A stretch of 63,775 nucleotides of DNA, the filler included, from Licmophora abbreviata (Eukaryota): the NCBI GenBank assembly GCA_900291995.1. It is 15 parts of 15 records of this genome, joined end to end, with 100 filler letters (N's around TTAATTAATTAA, not from the genome) between each part and the next. Parts side by side here need not be neighbours in the genome. Positions count along the whole stretch, not along the records: positions 7,701 to 16,067 come from OLMU01004361.1; positions 16,168 to 22,875 come from OLMU01004362.1; 13 more parts are not named here. One strand, 5' to 3'. The notes beneath the pieces were generated by a model that saw nothing but the letters and a program-made list of their open reading frames with translations, was not told the DNA's origin and made no database searches. A program made the position numbers and the translations under genes. Of this stretch, positions 11,511-22,975 are shown in pieces (position 1 is the first letter of the stretch; every line of letters begins with the position of its first letter).

Positions 11511-12012
11511 ATGACATAACGTGAGGTTTTGGGGGGAATTAAAGGGAGCAGTCGGAGGAATATTATGAATGGCGGAGCGTGTAGAAAGAGACGCTAAGTC
11601 CGTGACACTTCGAAAGTGCAATAACGGACCGAACGAGCGAGAACTAGAAGAGCCTATATTGCTATATACCTATGTTCCTATGTCGTATTGTAGTCAAGGT
11701 AAATGATCGCATCGGCACAGCGGGCGACCGCACGCTGCCAAAAGATCGCATGCGTTGAAGTTGCAACGGGACTGATTCATTCATTCGAATGACTCGACTC
11801 ATCTATTGGGACTGACGATCGTGATCGATTTCTCCTTCAGTCACGAGTGTATGGAGTCGACCGAGTCGAAAGCTCATTTTGGAACTCGCGATTTACCTCT
11901 TTTGCCGCAGCGACGACGTGACAATGGCGAGATCATCGCAATCACACATGCCCCAAACTTGCAGCCCGTGGCGATCCGTTCATCATTTCAGCTTCCAAGT
12001 AGAGAAAACACG

Positions 12013-13943
12013 ATGCCACGTAGCTCATCGGCAGTGCGCATTTCGATAGCGAGTCTCCTTTTCTGGGAAACTATTTCCTGTTGGTGTTTCACTTCATTTG
12101 ATCCCCATCATTCATCGCACCGCACTGCTTCGCATCAATATCTATATGGACGTGACTCATTCCTTCTCTCACTGGCTTCGCAACGCGATGATCTTTCTGT
12201 TCGCCCCTGTGAGGGAATGATTGACTCGGAAACCTTCCGCCGGTACTCTCAAATTAATAAAGTCCTCCACCATCTCCGGACGCAACTACCCGTATTGTTG
12301 TTTCAGCCACTGACAGCGGCACAGCAAGAAGTGTATGCGTCCAATTTTACCTTGGTAGGGAGCAATATGGAAGAACTGGCATCGACATTTGATGAACTGG
12401 CCTCCTTGTCGACGACCCTGGTGGCGGCGACGGCTGCCGCACGGCAAGCCAATGCATTGGTGGGAATGGCAACATCAGTGGCATCCTCGAATGGTCAACA
12501 AACAGACGATGCAGTCCCAGTTTATGTCGTTCAATGCGATATCGCATTGGATAGCAACGACTTGAAAACCGTTCGAGTATCCTGGAATACGACATTGCCC
12601 GTGAGTTCGGTAATTACAGGATTGTCGGAAATTTCTCTCGATGACAATGGAAGTATCGCTCAACATCAATTGTTGACGGTCGGCATAGATGGACGGACAC
12701 TGAGTGCCGTGGGGGAGACGCTGGCGTCATTGCGGCGAACGATTCGATCCTTGAATGACTCTCCATTGCTCAAGCCGATGCTCGACTCTCCCCTGGCGTC
12801 GGTTCCTGTCCTTGCGGAACTGCGCGATGGATTGTTGCAGCAAGCATCGTCGTCCCAGAGTGTGTCAAGGCAAATCGAATTGCCGCCAGTCTATGCCACA
12901 GCATCAATAGCAAACGCATTCGATGCATCCATTGGAAACTCGACGACACTTTCCAGCAAGATGACTTTGCTCGATGATCTCTCTGCCAACAGCATTCTAC
13001 CTGGCTCCATGCAATGGACGAAGTATGCGGCCGCTCACTACACTCTGAGCGATTTTGTCCACCGCGGATTGGAAATACTCTCGGGCAGGGGCACTTCAAC
13101 CAAGGATGACTTTCGAAACCTGTTTGCCACTGACGCAAAATTACTCGGTGTCGATGGAACTCTGCTTGCCGAGGGGGGCGGAAGGATTGGAGATTTCTAT
13201 CGTACGTTGGCATCTCTGCGCAGAGGCACGGCAGGAACCTGGGAAGTAAAGAGAGTATCCGCAGACTGGAATGAGAATATTGTAACTGTGAGCTGGGTGG
13301 CGGACAGTCCCGTTGCTGTGAAGGGCACCGATCGCTTTGTTCTACGCGGTAGGAGTTCCTTCGACGCGGATGATGACGACGATAGGATACGGTCGATCAT
13401 TGAAAAAGTGGAACAGGTCGAATTGGTTGTAAGCGGCAATACTGTCAAAGACCCTGAGTGGTTTCTAACCCCCACATTTCACCCAGTATTGAACTGTGCG
13501 GCTACTTTGACGAGACGATTGTCCGTGGTCAAGATGCCTACGTTCGCGTGGCCAATGTTTTGTCAAGTTCCTTGCGAGCAGCCTTAGCGACAAATCGCGT
13601 TAAGTTTGACTCAACACCTTCGTCAACAATTGAGTTCACGTCCAAGGGAAACATAAATGTGTCATTGACGCTCCACCTGCGTATCCTTGTGACGCAGGTC
13701 GAGCGGATTTCCTTGCCACTGAAACTGCAGGTCGTATCGGAATACATATTGAACGAAAAGGGAACGATTGAGGGACATCGACTGATCGAATCCAGAGTCA
13801 ACGGACAGCTGACTCCTGGCGATGTGGTTTCGAGATGGATAAAAGGTCTCCCACTGAACGACGGCAATGGTGCGGTTCCCACGTCACTACAATCCATCAT
13901 GGACGCCATTGACTGGGTGCGGATCTTGAACAGTCTTCAATGA
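12013..13943 (+). CDS. Probable plastid-targeted protein with repeated SnoaL/NTF2-like segments; frameshift at C5 run near 13470
   Basis: Signal peptide ending CWC-F. Three segments end in a beta-strand pattern (SEISLDDNGSI..H, TDRFVL, SEYILNEKGTI..H). One extra C joins ORFs 11806-13587 and 13458-13943. Confidence 0.55.
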
Positions 13944-14108
13944 CGCACCTAGTCACTGCTATTTAGTTTCAGTCCCTTTTCTAGCAGGATATTTTCTATT
14001 TTTTCTTTCTGTCTCTAGCACGCGTATTAGTTTCGCTCTCAACGCACTCACCCACGAATTGACTGTCTATTCTATCTGCCCGAACGACACGTTTACGTTG
14101 CCTACTGG

Positions 14109-14750
14109 CTAGACAACCAGAGTGGCTTCTTGCGTGACTTGATCGTATTGTTGTCGTTTGCTCGTCATGACTTTGCGTCCTGTCATACAGCATAGTACGA
14201 GCGCCACCACAGTAAAGAGAACAGCCACTATAATTGACCAATTTTCAGGCTGCTCTGGTTCGGGACGATAAATGGGATTCGTGTAGTTCTTGGGTGTCAA
14301 AAAGTCATCGTCATCATCCACAGTGGCTGCGTCGTCATCGTCATCGCCTGAGGCTGCCGATGCTGTGGTGTCGTCCGTATTGGCCGCTTCGAGTCTGTGC
14401 GAGGCAGTAGCTTTGGGCGCAGGCTCGTCCCCAACGCTCTCATTCTCACTCGATGCGCTACTTCCTTTCATTGATTTTGGTCCCTTAGGTATTCCAGAAT
14501 AAGATGTTGGAGTAGAGGAATCGCCCCCTGATACAATCACATGACTGCTACTGGCAGGGGCCGTAGCATTGCTGGCAGGTGCTAAGTCGGACTTGGTCCT
14601 TACTGTCGTGGCAGAAGTACTAGCAGAACGAATGTCTCTCGAATCTCGCAGAATTCGAGCGTCCCGAGACTCAACACTGGATTGGCAATTGCAAGTTTCG
14701 ATGCCTAAGGCTACTGCCACAGCTATGATGAGTAGTGCAAACGTCTTCAT
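14109..14750 (-). CDS. Type I membrane protein: signal peptide, S/T/D-rich ectodomain, one TM, short tail
   Basis: MKTFALLIIAVAVALG signal, RILR, low-complexity lumenal part, TM WSIIVAVLFTVVALVLCC, tail containing YDQV. Confidence 0.7.
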   Translation of the reverse strand: MKTFALLIIAVAVALGIETCNCQSSVESRDARILRDSRDIRSASTSATTVRTKSDLAPASNATAPASSSHVIVSGGDSSTPTSYSGIPKGPKSMKGSSASSENESVGDEPAPKATASHRLEAANTDDTTASAASGDDDDDAATVDDDDDFLTPKNYTNPIYRPEPEQPENWSIIVAVLFTVVALVLCCMTGRKVMTSKRQQYDQVTQEATLVV

Positions 14751-15383
14751 GGTACGCTACAATAGTTTGCGTCTGACCAAAACAAGCTTGTGATGAAACG
14801 TGACGAACATCATTGTTTCGAGACAGTGTTCGAAAAAAGTCGACGTGGTGTACGAAGTGCGTGGATGGGATGAAGTTTGGCGCGAAAGTCTGTCCATCAC
14901 TGCGTTCTACTTTCGAACTTCCTCGTTTGGTTCACTTTTTGCGCGAAAGTCTGACCCTCGCTACGTTTCTGTCTCGCGCGAGCATTCGGATTGAGAATGC
15001 GCGATGCGCGATCTCGCCAAGTCTTGGGTCTCGGGTGAAGTGTTGAAAGATACCGCGGTGCCCGCAGGCGAAAATGGACTTCACTCACACGCATGCCATG
15101 TTGTTCTATGGACGGCGTCTCATCTATCTTCAGCAGCGAGTTGCCTCTTCGTCGCTCCCTATCGATTGCCAGCCCCTTTGCTGCCTCCCATTGCCGGTAC
15201 GTTACATGCTGATGGCAGAAGACAGAAGAGAAAGAAGTAAAAATCAAAAGAATTCCGATCACGAGACGAAAGATTCGACGGAAGTAGATCGACAGTACCT
15301 CTTCTACACGGCGTGTACGCACACCTGGCTCCTCATCGTTATTTCATTTTCCCGTTCCACACTTTAGACTGCATTGACCGATC

Positions 15384-17070
15384 ATGCCTACTCGTAGGAA
15401 ACCAACCTTTGGAGATGACGACGACGATGCAGGTGCTGCCCCCATGTCAGCTCCGCCCCGGCGTGATGTTACCACCGGAATGAACCAGCCCGCGCCGTCT
15501 CCAGGAAGTGCTGTGAGTGCCGGCAGAAGCGCCACGTCGAAAGAAGGCGTGGACGATTTGTCTGTCCCTCCTCCTCCAAGGCGCTCGAAGGCACCCGCTC
15601 CGTCTCTCGCGCCGATGACCTCTCCTTCCGACACGGCTAGTAATAGTAGTGGCGACAAGAAGCTCTCCCCTACATCAGTGGCCGCCTTGTCCAATAGCGA
15701 CGAAGAAATCAAGGCCCAGGCACGCGCCGCTCGCCTCACCAGCGTCGAGGAAGAAGATAGTAGGTCCAACTCTTCTGCCATGGCTGGAGGGGCAGCAGCT
15801 GTCGAGGGTGTGGCTTCCATGCCGTCTACGACGGAAGATCAAGACTATGATGACATGCGCGCTAAGAAGATTGCTGCCATGGAGGGAAGCACAATGAGCA
15901 CCAAGCCCGGTGCGGTTGCCGTGCCTCCGGCTCGTGGTGTGGGTATCACCAGCAACGTTGAAGATTCCACTACGTCTCTCGGTTTACCAGAGGAGAGTAA
16001 GCCCCATAACGGAGAGGCTTTTCCTGGGGCTGCAACCGCCGTCACGGCTGAGCTTGTATCCGAAGACNNNNNNNNNNNNNNNNNNNNNNNNNNNNNNNNN
16101 NNNNNNNNNNNTTAATTAATTAANNNNNNNNNNNNNNNNNNNNNNNNNNNNNNNNNNNNNNNNNNNNCTCGTTCGTTGGAGCTATTACCGCATTCAGAAA
16201 CCCCTCGCTTGATTCTTTGTTCCTCTTTGATAACAATCTGAGTGGTGAGATCCCAAGCTCTCTTGGAGAGCTACCGAGCCTCCAGCGCATCGCACTATCC
16301 GAAAACGAGCTTAGTGGGCCAATACCGCTCTTCAACGGAAGCACGGAGATAGCGCTCATCGTGCTCTATGACAACCAACTATCTGGGGATGTTGGGCAGT
16401 TTCTGTCTCCGCTCGTGTAGTCTCCCAATCTCAGGATCCTTCATGTCGGTAGCAACTGGCTTGTTGGATCTATCCCTCCCTTCATTGGAAACTTTGCTAA
16501 ACTCGACCTTCTCAATCTGGAAGTCAATTTTTGGACGGACCGCTACCATCTGAAGTTGGTTTGCTCCCCGCCCTTACTTCGATGGACTTTTTCGCAAGCC
16601 GGCTCACCGGTTCTATTCCCTCCGAGCTGGGTCTTGCTACATTGCTGAGCTTCATAGACTTGGGCGATAGCAGTCTGACGGGTTCTACGATCCCCTCAGA
16701 AATTGGCAACCTGAGGAAGCTCGAAATTTTGAATCTTGCTCTCGATGGACTTGCTGCCATTCCCACGGAACTTGCGGCGTTGCCCCGCTCTCGGTATGTT
16801 TGCATCTTTGTTTTGTTTTTTCGTTTCTCTGCATTACGATTTCATTCCGACTGACACGATAATTCCACTCCACCCCCTTCACGTTTCTCAGAGACGCTAT
16901 GGCTTAACGGGAACGACCTTGATGGCAGTCTTGACCCATTCTTTTGCGAGAGAGCTGATCTCATCGACGACTTTAGGGCTGACTGCTTGGGCGCGTTACC
17001 GGAGAATGAGTGCAGCTGCTGTACGAGTTGCTGCCAGCCGGACGGTGGTGGTTGTCAAGAGGTATTCTGA
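15384..17070 (+). pseudogene. Diatom-type LRR receptor-like gene (PGAVAV N-terminus, Cys-rich cap), disrupted in this assembly
   Basis: N-terminus with PGAVAV and AELV, then gap, then plant-type LRRs (NNLSGEIPSSLG). In-frame TAG at 16418-16420, indels at T5 (~16530) and C4 (~16785), intron 16794-16891, ending ECSCCTSCC. Confidence 0.6.
16068..16167. other. Artificial gap spacer
   Basis: N44-TTAATTAATTAA-N44. Confidence 0.98.
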
Positions 17071-17386
17071 CTCAGAGTATAACTAAATCTTTGTGTCGTG
17101 AGTATTGTAGCTGTACTATAGCAGAGCATAAATTGCTGTCAATCGCACGTGAAGTGCTTAGTCTCAATCATAGCTTTGGTTTTTTGGCGCGCCGAACGCT
17201 CACTCCAGGTTTCGAAGACTTTAGCCATACAAAACATAGAGAACTGAAAATTCGGGCTATCGTTTATTAAGCGCTGTATATGTTCAATAAAATTTCCTTC
17301 CAAGCGCGCACCTCAAGAAAGTTCATCGCGACACCGCCACGCTTGTCGTACTCTCCTGATGCGTTTTCAGAGAAGAGTAGACGACC

Positions 17387-19294
17387 ATGGCGAGCCTTGG
17401 TCGATCTCGGTCGTCGTTTGCGCGCCGCAAGACGACACAAGAGCTCACGCATGACATAAAGGAAAGCGAAGAGGAATATTTGATCGGACGAACTTCCGAA
17501 AATGAGCAAACATCGAGGTCGAGGTCGAGATCGAGAAACCTGGCCAGTGCCCTTCGAGGCCGGTCTCGCTCTCGGACTCGTCGCAAGTCGGTGGATGAGC
17601 TCATTGACGAAGTCAGACAGACGGAACGGCAGTATGTGAAGGACCAACAAGCTGTGACAGAAAAATCAAACAGTCTCCTGTCCAAGCTTCGCAGTCGATC
17701 TCGGTCTCCTTTTTCGCGTCGCAAGTCCGCGAAAGACCACATTGAAGATGTCCGGGCCAAGGAAAAGCAGTACACGATGATTGAAGACGCGGGGATGGAC
17801 CAAAAACAGACGAACGACTCCAGTGCCGTCCGGAATAAGGGTCAAAGGCGCTCGCGCTCTCCGCTTCCCGGTCCAAAATCGACCGAGGAAATCATCCGAG
17901 AGGTCAAAGAGAGGGAGAACCTGTACATGAAGGAGATAAACAATCAGCAGGCTCGAAACAAGAAAAGTCGCGAGACGTCGGGCAGAATGGAAGAAATTAA
18001 TCCAATGTTCAAAGAGAAAGGATTGAAAGTTGGGCGATCGTCCTCCTCCCGCAATCCTTCCTGGCGTGAGGGAAATCCAAACGATTCTGTCACCTTGAAA
18101 GTTGAAAAGGCAAAGAAGCGAGCATTTAGTCTTCAGCGCGTTCAGTGCGGGAAGCACCTTGACAAAAGCGAACAAGCGTTCGAAGACCAATTCAGAATAG
18201 AAGTGTTCAATGATCGAAGCTCGCACCTCCCGTCTTCTACGGCGCAGGCGACTCCCCCATGGGGGAATCGAGGCAGCCGATCATCGGTCGATCAATTCTT
18301 TAAAGACTTGGAGACTCCCAATCCCTCCACTCCTCCGAGGAACGGTCGCAGTGGCCTTTCTTCGTCTCTGGGGGGCACCGACCCGAAGTTTCGCCAATCC
18401 TCTTTGACACAAGAATCACTTCACGACGTCCATGACGTTCTTCGCAAGATGGACCGAAAGCTCGAGGAAGGAATCAAGAGCGGCACTCCAGTGAGTAGGG
18501 CGACTGTCAGGGACGCGCTCCTCTCTGTAGTGGACACTTTGGAAGACACGCGCTCTTTGGAATCGGTACCTTCTAAAAATAAGGCCGCCCAGTCAGTCTG
18601 GAGCTCTAGGTCGGTTCTCTCCGACGAAAGGAGCAGTTTTTTCCCAACAGGAGAGAGCACCGAAGAGTCGCGCCTTCTGTCGTTGGGAGACTCAACCGCC
18701 GAGGACTATACCGTTGGTGATACGGTCGATGGGACTGTGAGTGATGACGGGTACACTAACTATAGCGAGGAGACAGAAGCGACGAGAAAGGATCTTTTCT
18801 CTGAAGCTCTGGACCTGATCGCTGGCGACGTATTCAGTTCGGGCGAAACGGCACGGGGGAGAGAAACGTCAAATGCTCAAGGCCCTCGTAGAGTTTCGAA
18901 GGAGACCAAAACCTCGAAGGATATGAAACTGTCGGAGGGAACTAGCCGGAAGCTCGGTCGCAAAACTCGTGAACGAGAACAGCAGAGCACCCATTCCGAA
19001 GAGACGGATTATTTCAGATGGAACGAAGATGAACTTTTTCAAGCCCGCGAAGCCTTGAAAGAGATGCTGTCATTTGGCGCTACTCAACCTGTGTCACGCT
19101 CTCAGTCCCATGCCGCCGTGAAGAGTTCTCATTCTGCTGTCACGGTGAAGAAAAGCAGGAAAAAGTCGGCGGAGAAATGGGAAGACGACGATGGAACCGC
19201 TCCGATGTCACGAACCCCATCTCCAATCAAGAGGTCGCCTTCGCGCTCTCGGTCGAGACAACGCCAGAACAAGACGAGACCCTCGGGTTCTTAG
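17387..19294 (+). CDS. Large Arg/Ser-rich low-complexity protein with four N-terminal repeats
   Basis: 635-aa uninterrupted ORF with ATG; repeats of RSRS..RRKS..E.I.EV+..E.QY. Confidence 0.7.
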   Translation: MASLGRSRSSFARRKTTQELTHDIKESEEEYLIGRTSENEQTSRSRSRSRNLASALRGRSRSRTRRKSVDELIDEVRQTERQYVKDQQAVTEKSNSLLSKLRSRSRSPFSRRKSAKDHIEDVRAKEKQYTMIEDAGMDQKQTNDSSAVRNKGQRRSRSPLPGPKSTEEIIREVKERENLYMKEINNQQARNKKSRETSGRMEEINPMFKEKGLKVGRSSSSRNPSWREGNPNDSVTLKVEKAKKRAFSLQRVQCGKHLDKSEQAFEDQFRIEVFNDRSSHLPSSTAQATPPWGNRGSRSSVDQFFKDLETPNPSTPPRNGRSGLSSSLGGTDPKFRQSSLTQESLHDVHDVLRKMDRKLEEGIKSGTPVSRATVRDALLSVVDTLEDTRSLESVPSKNKAAQSVWSSRSVLSDERSSFFPTGESTEESRLLSLGDSTAEDYTVGDTVDGTVSDDGYTNYSEETEATRKDLFSEALDLIAGDVFSSGETARGRETSNAQGPRRVSKETKTSKDMKLSEGTSRKLGRKTREREQQSTHSEETDYFRWNEDELFQAREALKEMLSFGATQPVSRSQSHAAVKSSHSAVTVKKSRKKSAEKWEDDDGTAPMSRTPSPIKRSPSRSRSRQRQNKTRPSGS

Positions 19295-19635
19295 GCACAC
19301 CTTACCCGTGAACGAACGATTTCAATGGCTACAATTGATCGCCTCAGTTTGGCAAAGGGTCCAATGCTCGCGGAATGTCTGCTGATTCTCCTTAGCGTCG
19401 CGATCGGTTGCATCTAGGAGAGGATGGGGCGAAATCGAAGAGACCCTTCATCTTAGGCGAATCGGTCGAGGTGTGATGAATTGGTGTATAGAATAGATAG
19501 ATAGGCGAAAAATTAATTGCTAATGACTATATAGTATCGCGAGGGAAGTTCACTTGCACGAAGGTCGGTATCACATAGATCAACAGTCCGCGGACGAGAA
19601 CACGACCGCTCACCATTACTTTCCTCGGGTTGAGA

Positions 19636-21078
19636 TCATTGTTTAAGTTTGTGAAACATCGATATCAACTTCTGCACCTTCTTCGCACAGAGTTCTCGCT
19701 CTCTGCTTAGCGCCTCGATGGCCTCTGCGCGCCGGTTCTCCGAGAGCTCCAAAGCCACAGCCATGCGGCGGATTTGGACCGAACGGTCGGTTACCATGCC
19801 ACCAATTGCTCTGTCGCAATTTCCGGTCGGTGTGGAACGGGGATCCATGTCTGTCTGATGGAGTAGCCTCTCCAAGTGGTCGATTCGCGCCATGCTGGCA
19901 GTAGTCTCCATCTCGTGGTCATACCGTAGTCGTTCGTAAGACCCTTCGACCTCACGCAACGCCTGTTCTTGATCACCAATTATTTTTGATTGGCTATTCA
20001 CAAGAATACCCAATGTGCCTGAGCTCATCGCTTGCTTATGATTCGGTGATACACCTGGCGGCACCGCTGAGGACGTGTCGCTGCTGTGCTTCAGTGAACA
20101 CACTCCCTTGGTATCATACATATCCTGGAATCGTAGTCGAAGGTCCTTGATAAATGAAAATATTATTTCCCCATCCAAATCTTTGTTCTCAGATCTAACA
20201 TGAGTATCGAGAAATGCTGAGATAGACGTGTCGAGAGCCTCGAAGCCGTCACACTGACTCTGACTTGCAAGTGAGAGAGTATCAGTTATTGACGAAGCGC
20301 CAGTCGAGTCCGTCTTTGGAAATTCAGAAGCGCTGGTTGAATCCGTCTTGAGAAACGAGAATTCTAACGGGGAGAAATGTCCGTTTTCGTTTGGCTCAAT
20401 GGGCATATTGGCGAATTTTTCTTTCAGTTGTGCAAGAAGGATGCTGTCCGGTTCGTACTCCATACCGGCATCGATCAACGGCAGTACATGGTCCACAGCT
20501 CCCATATCCCTGTACTTCCTTTCTACAAGCCTCACGATCCTCTCCTTCATGTCATGATCTTTCCATGGTATCATTTCAAGGTATTTCTTTGGCTCAGTCG
20601 CCAATGGGAGATAATACAGAAGCTCCCATCGGTCTATCGAGAAGAAGTGGCAGATAATCTTCAAACCTTCGAAGTCAGCTCGCCGCGCCATACAGCGACC
20701 AAGCGCAAGTGGCGAGGTATCGAGCCATAGGGTGTGGTATATAAATGGAGACGGAGGTCGTTCGTAGTGGTCACAGAGTTCCAAATAGCAATTCCAAAAC
20801 CTCTCATGATCATTAACGGTCATTTGAGAAGCTGGTCCTTTCGACACGGCATACAGAAATGTATCCAAGTTCATGACTGCTCTCAATTGAGGGCTCTTGT
20901 TGTATACCGCTTCCTTATGGGTATGGAACATGCACTGGAATACCCACTCCACGAAACTTCCGTCGCCTGGCTCGAACGATGGCCGTCCGATCTCCTGCAG
21001 CACACGGTGATAATCCTGTTCATGCAAAACTTTCTCCTCGAGCTGCTCCTCCAACGTCGAGGAACTTGAATTGCCCAT
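19636..21078 (-). CDS. Putative N-myristoylated protein with Sec39/NBAS-like helical segment and C-terminal coiled coil
   Basis: Starts MGNSSS. ARRADFEGL...RWELLYYLPLATEPKKYLEMIP resembles Sec39 by eye; heptad-like C-terminus. Confidence 0.55.
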   Translation of the reverse strand: MGNSSSSTLEEQLEEKVLHEQDYHRVLQEIGRPSFEPGDGSFVEWVFQCMFHTHKEAVYNKSPQLRAVMNLDTFLYAVSKGPASQMTVNDHERFWNCYLELCDHYERPPSPFIYHTLWLDTSPLALGRCMARRADFEGLKIICHFFSIDRWELLYYLPLATEPKKYLEMIPWKDHDMKERIVRLVERKYRDMGAVDHVLPLIDAGMEYEPDSILLAQLKEKFANMPIEPNENGHFSPLEFSFLKTDSTSASEFPKTDSTGASSITDTLSLASQSQCDGFEALDTSISAFLDTHVRSENKDLDGEIIFSFIKDLRLRFQDMYDTKGVCSLKHSSDTSSAVPPGVSPNHKQAMSSGTLGILVNSQSKIIGDQEQALREVEGSYERLRYDHEMETTASMARIDHLERLLHQTDMDPRSTPTGNCDRAIGGMVTDRSVQIRRMAVALELSENRRAEAIEALSRERELCAKKVQKLISMFHKLKQ

Positions 21079-21424
21079 ATTTTGGCTTGTGTCGTTGTTG
21101 TTGATGAATGCCAAGGGCAAGTTAATCTCGATATGGATTCGCTAGACGTAAATGGACTTGCTCTGGGGGCATCGCGGCATAATCCGTTTTTGCGTGATGA
21201 CCACGTGAGTTTGTGAGCTCAGATTTATGGTCTCAGTCGTGGAACAATTTAGTCACGAGTTACGTCCATTGCCGAAGTCCACATCTAAGTGAATAGTCTA
21301 AGAGGCGACATACGACTATCACATACGAAACACTGACGGTGTCAAGCCCAGAAGAGCTCAGTTTCCTTACATTGCACTACTACCTTAACTGAAGCCTCCC
21401 CTCTTTAGATATGACCTGTTCTCT

Positions 21425-22850
21425 TTAGCATACGTACTTTTCGAGGGTCTCCTTGCTGCCATTGTAAAGCAGTACTGCAACCACGACGTTGACGATTCCT
21501 AGAAAGTAAATGGCATTCAGGTGGGTCCCAAACAACAGCATACTCAAGACTCCCGTCAAAACAACTGACACTAAAGTAAAGAACAAAGATGCAAGTGAAA
21601 GGTTGAGCGTGACAAAGAGGCGCACGCGAGAACGACGAGCGACGGTTCTATACGTACTGGCGGTGGCATATCCCTTCAACACAGAGTCAGCGAATTTCAA
21701 AACTTTCAATGACACGGCAACAAGATAGAACGCGAGAAATGTTGAGTACCCAGTGAAATAATGAAATCCAGAGTGACACGAGAGGAAGTCTCGTAACCTA
21801 CCTGCCGCTACAATGAGTCCACCAATGGCTGAATTGAAGACACTGACAAAGGCCCCTGAAGTGAAATTATGCCACAGTCCGTTTGTCATGATGGCCTGAA
21901 AGTCCATAACCATGGCATACAACCCAATAATGACGAGCGACACCAATGCGAGCTGGACTTGCATGTAGGCTAGCGAGTAGTTCTCCCGGGCAACGTTTTT
22001 GTGTCGCTGTGCCTTGATGACTTTCTCCGTGTACACGGACGCGAATCCCGAGCTCATGGCAATGCCTGCAGAGTAATAGAATGAAGGGAGTCACATTCGT
22101 GAGTATAAAGAGCGTGTACCATATCACCTCGTCTGTAAAAAGACAGCCTCATCATTATCATGACTCACCAAGCGTTGCCATGACACCCCGCGTCACGTTT
22201 CCCTCCGAATCCTCGTCCTCGTCCGTCGCCACAAGGACCTTGTGCAGATTGCAGAGCATGACACCCGTCGTGAGCAGTACCAAGGAGAGGACTTGGATAT
22301 ACTTGAGCTTTTTGCGCAAGACGAGAGTCGCAAACGTGGCTGTGAATAGCAATTTGCACTGCACCAGGACGCTAAAGACAGCGGCGTTGAGATTGGCGAG
22401 AGCAACGTACTCCAAGGACATTTGCAAACTGTAGGCTGCGGCAGGGACTCCCAGTAGCAAAGAATTGCGCCAATCTTCCTTCATGAATACCCAAATCGTG
22501 GTAATGCCGCGCTTGTCGACGAGCACAATGTAGAGACAGCTGAGTACGAGCTTGACGAGCTCAACGCCAATGACAGCCGCGGAAGTCAAAAAGTTCGGCT
22601 GGTCTTTCATGATATAGCGCATGAGAAGATTCTTGGAGCAGTTCTGAACGGCCAACAGTACTAGAACTTGCAACCCAATGCGTGACACGACGCCACCGGT
22701 GGACGAGGACTGAGCCGTGGAGGCTGCGGCATGCGCGGTGCCGGATTCAGCGGCGTCAGCTTCAGATTTGTTCGGATCCAAGAGGAGCGCATCTTCCTCT
22801 GATGCTTCATTTCGAGAAACCAAGTGAGGCTCGTTCGACTCGATGTCCAT
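21425..22850 (-). CDS. Nucleotide-sugar transporter (SLC35A/UDP-galactose transporter-like)
   Basis: VPAAAYSLQ, QCKLLFTA, SGFASVYTEK and KFADSVLKGYAT motifs; introns 22066-22168, 21703-21801 and 21571-21657 all restore the frame. Confidence 0.92.
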
Positions 22851-22875
22851 GGGCGCCGCTCGGCTCGTGCCTTGC

Positions 22876-22975
22876 NNNNNNNNNNNNNNNNNNNNNNNNN
22901 NNNNNNNNNNNNNNNNNNNTTAATTAATTAANNNNNNNNNNNNNNNNNNNNNNNNNNNNNNNNNNNNNNNNNNNN
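22876..22975. other. Artificial gap spacer
   Basis: N44-TTAATTAATTAA-N44. Confidence 0.98.

Noticed and set aside
16418..16420. TAG reassignment or readthrough
   Set aside because: Single case in a gene with other lesions; TAG ends normal genes here (e.g. at 1980, 31442, 35040).
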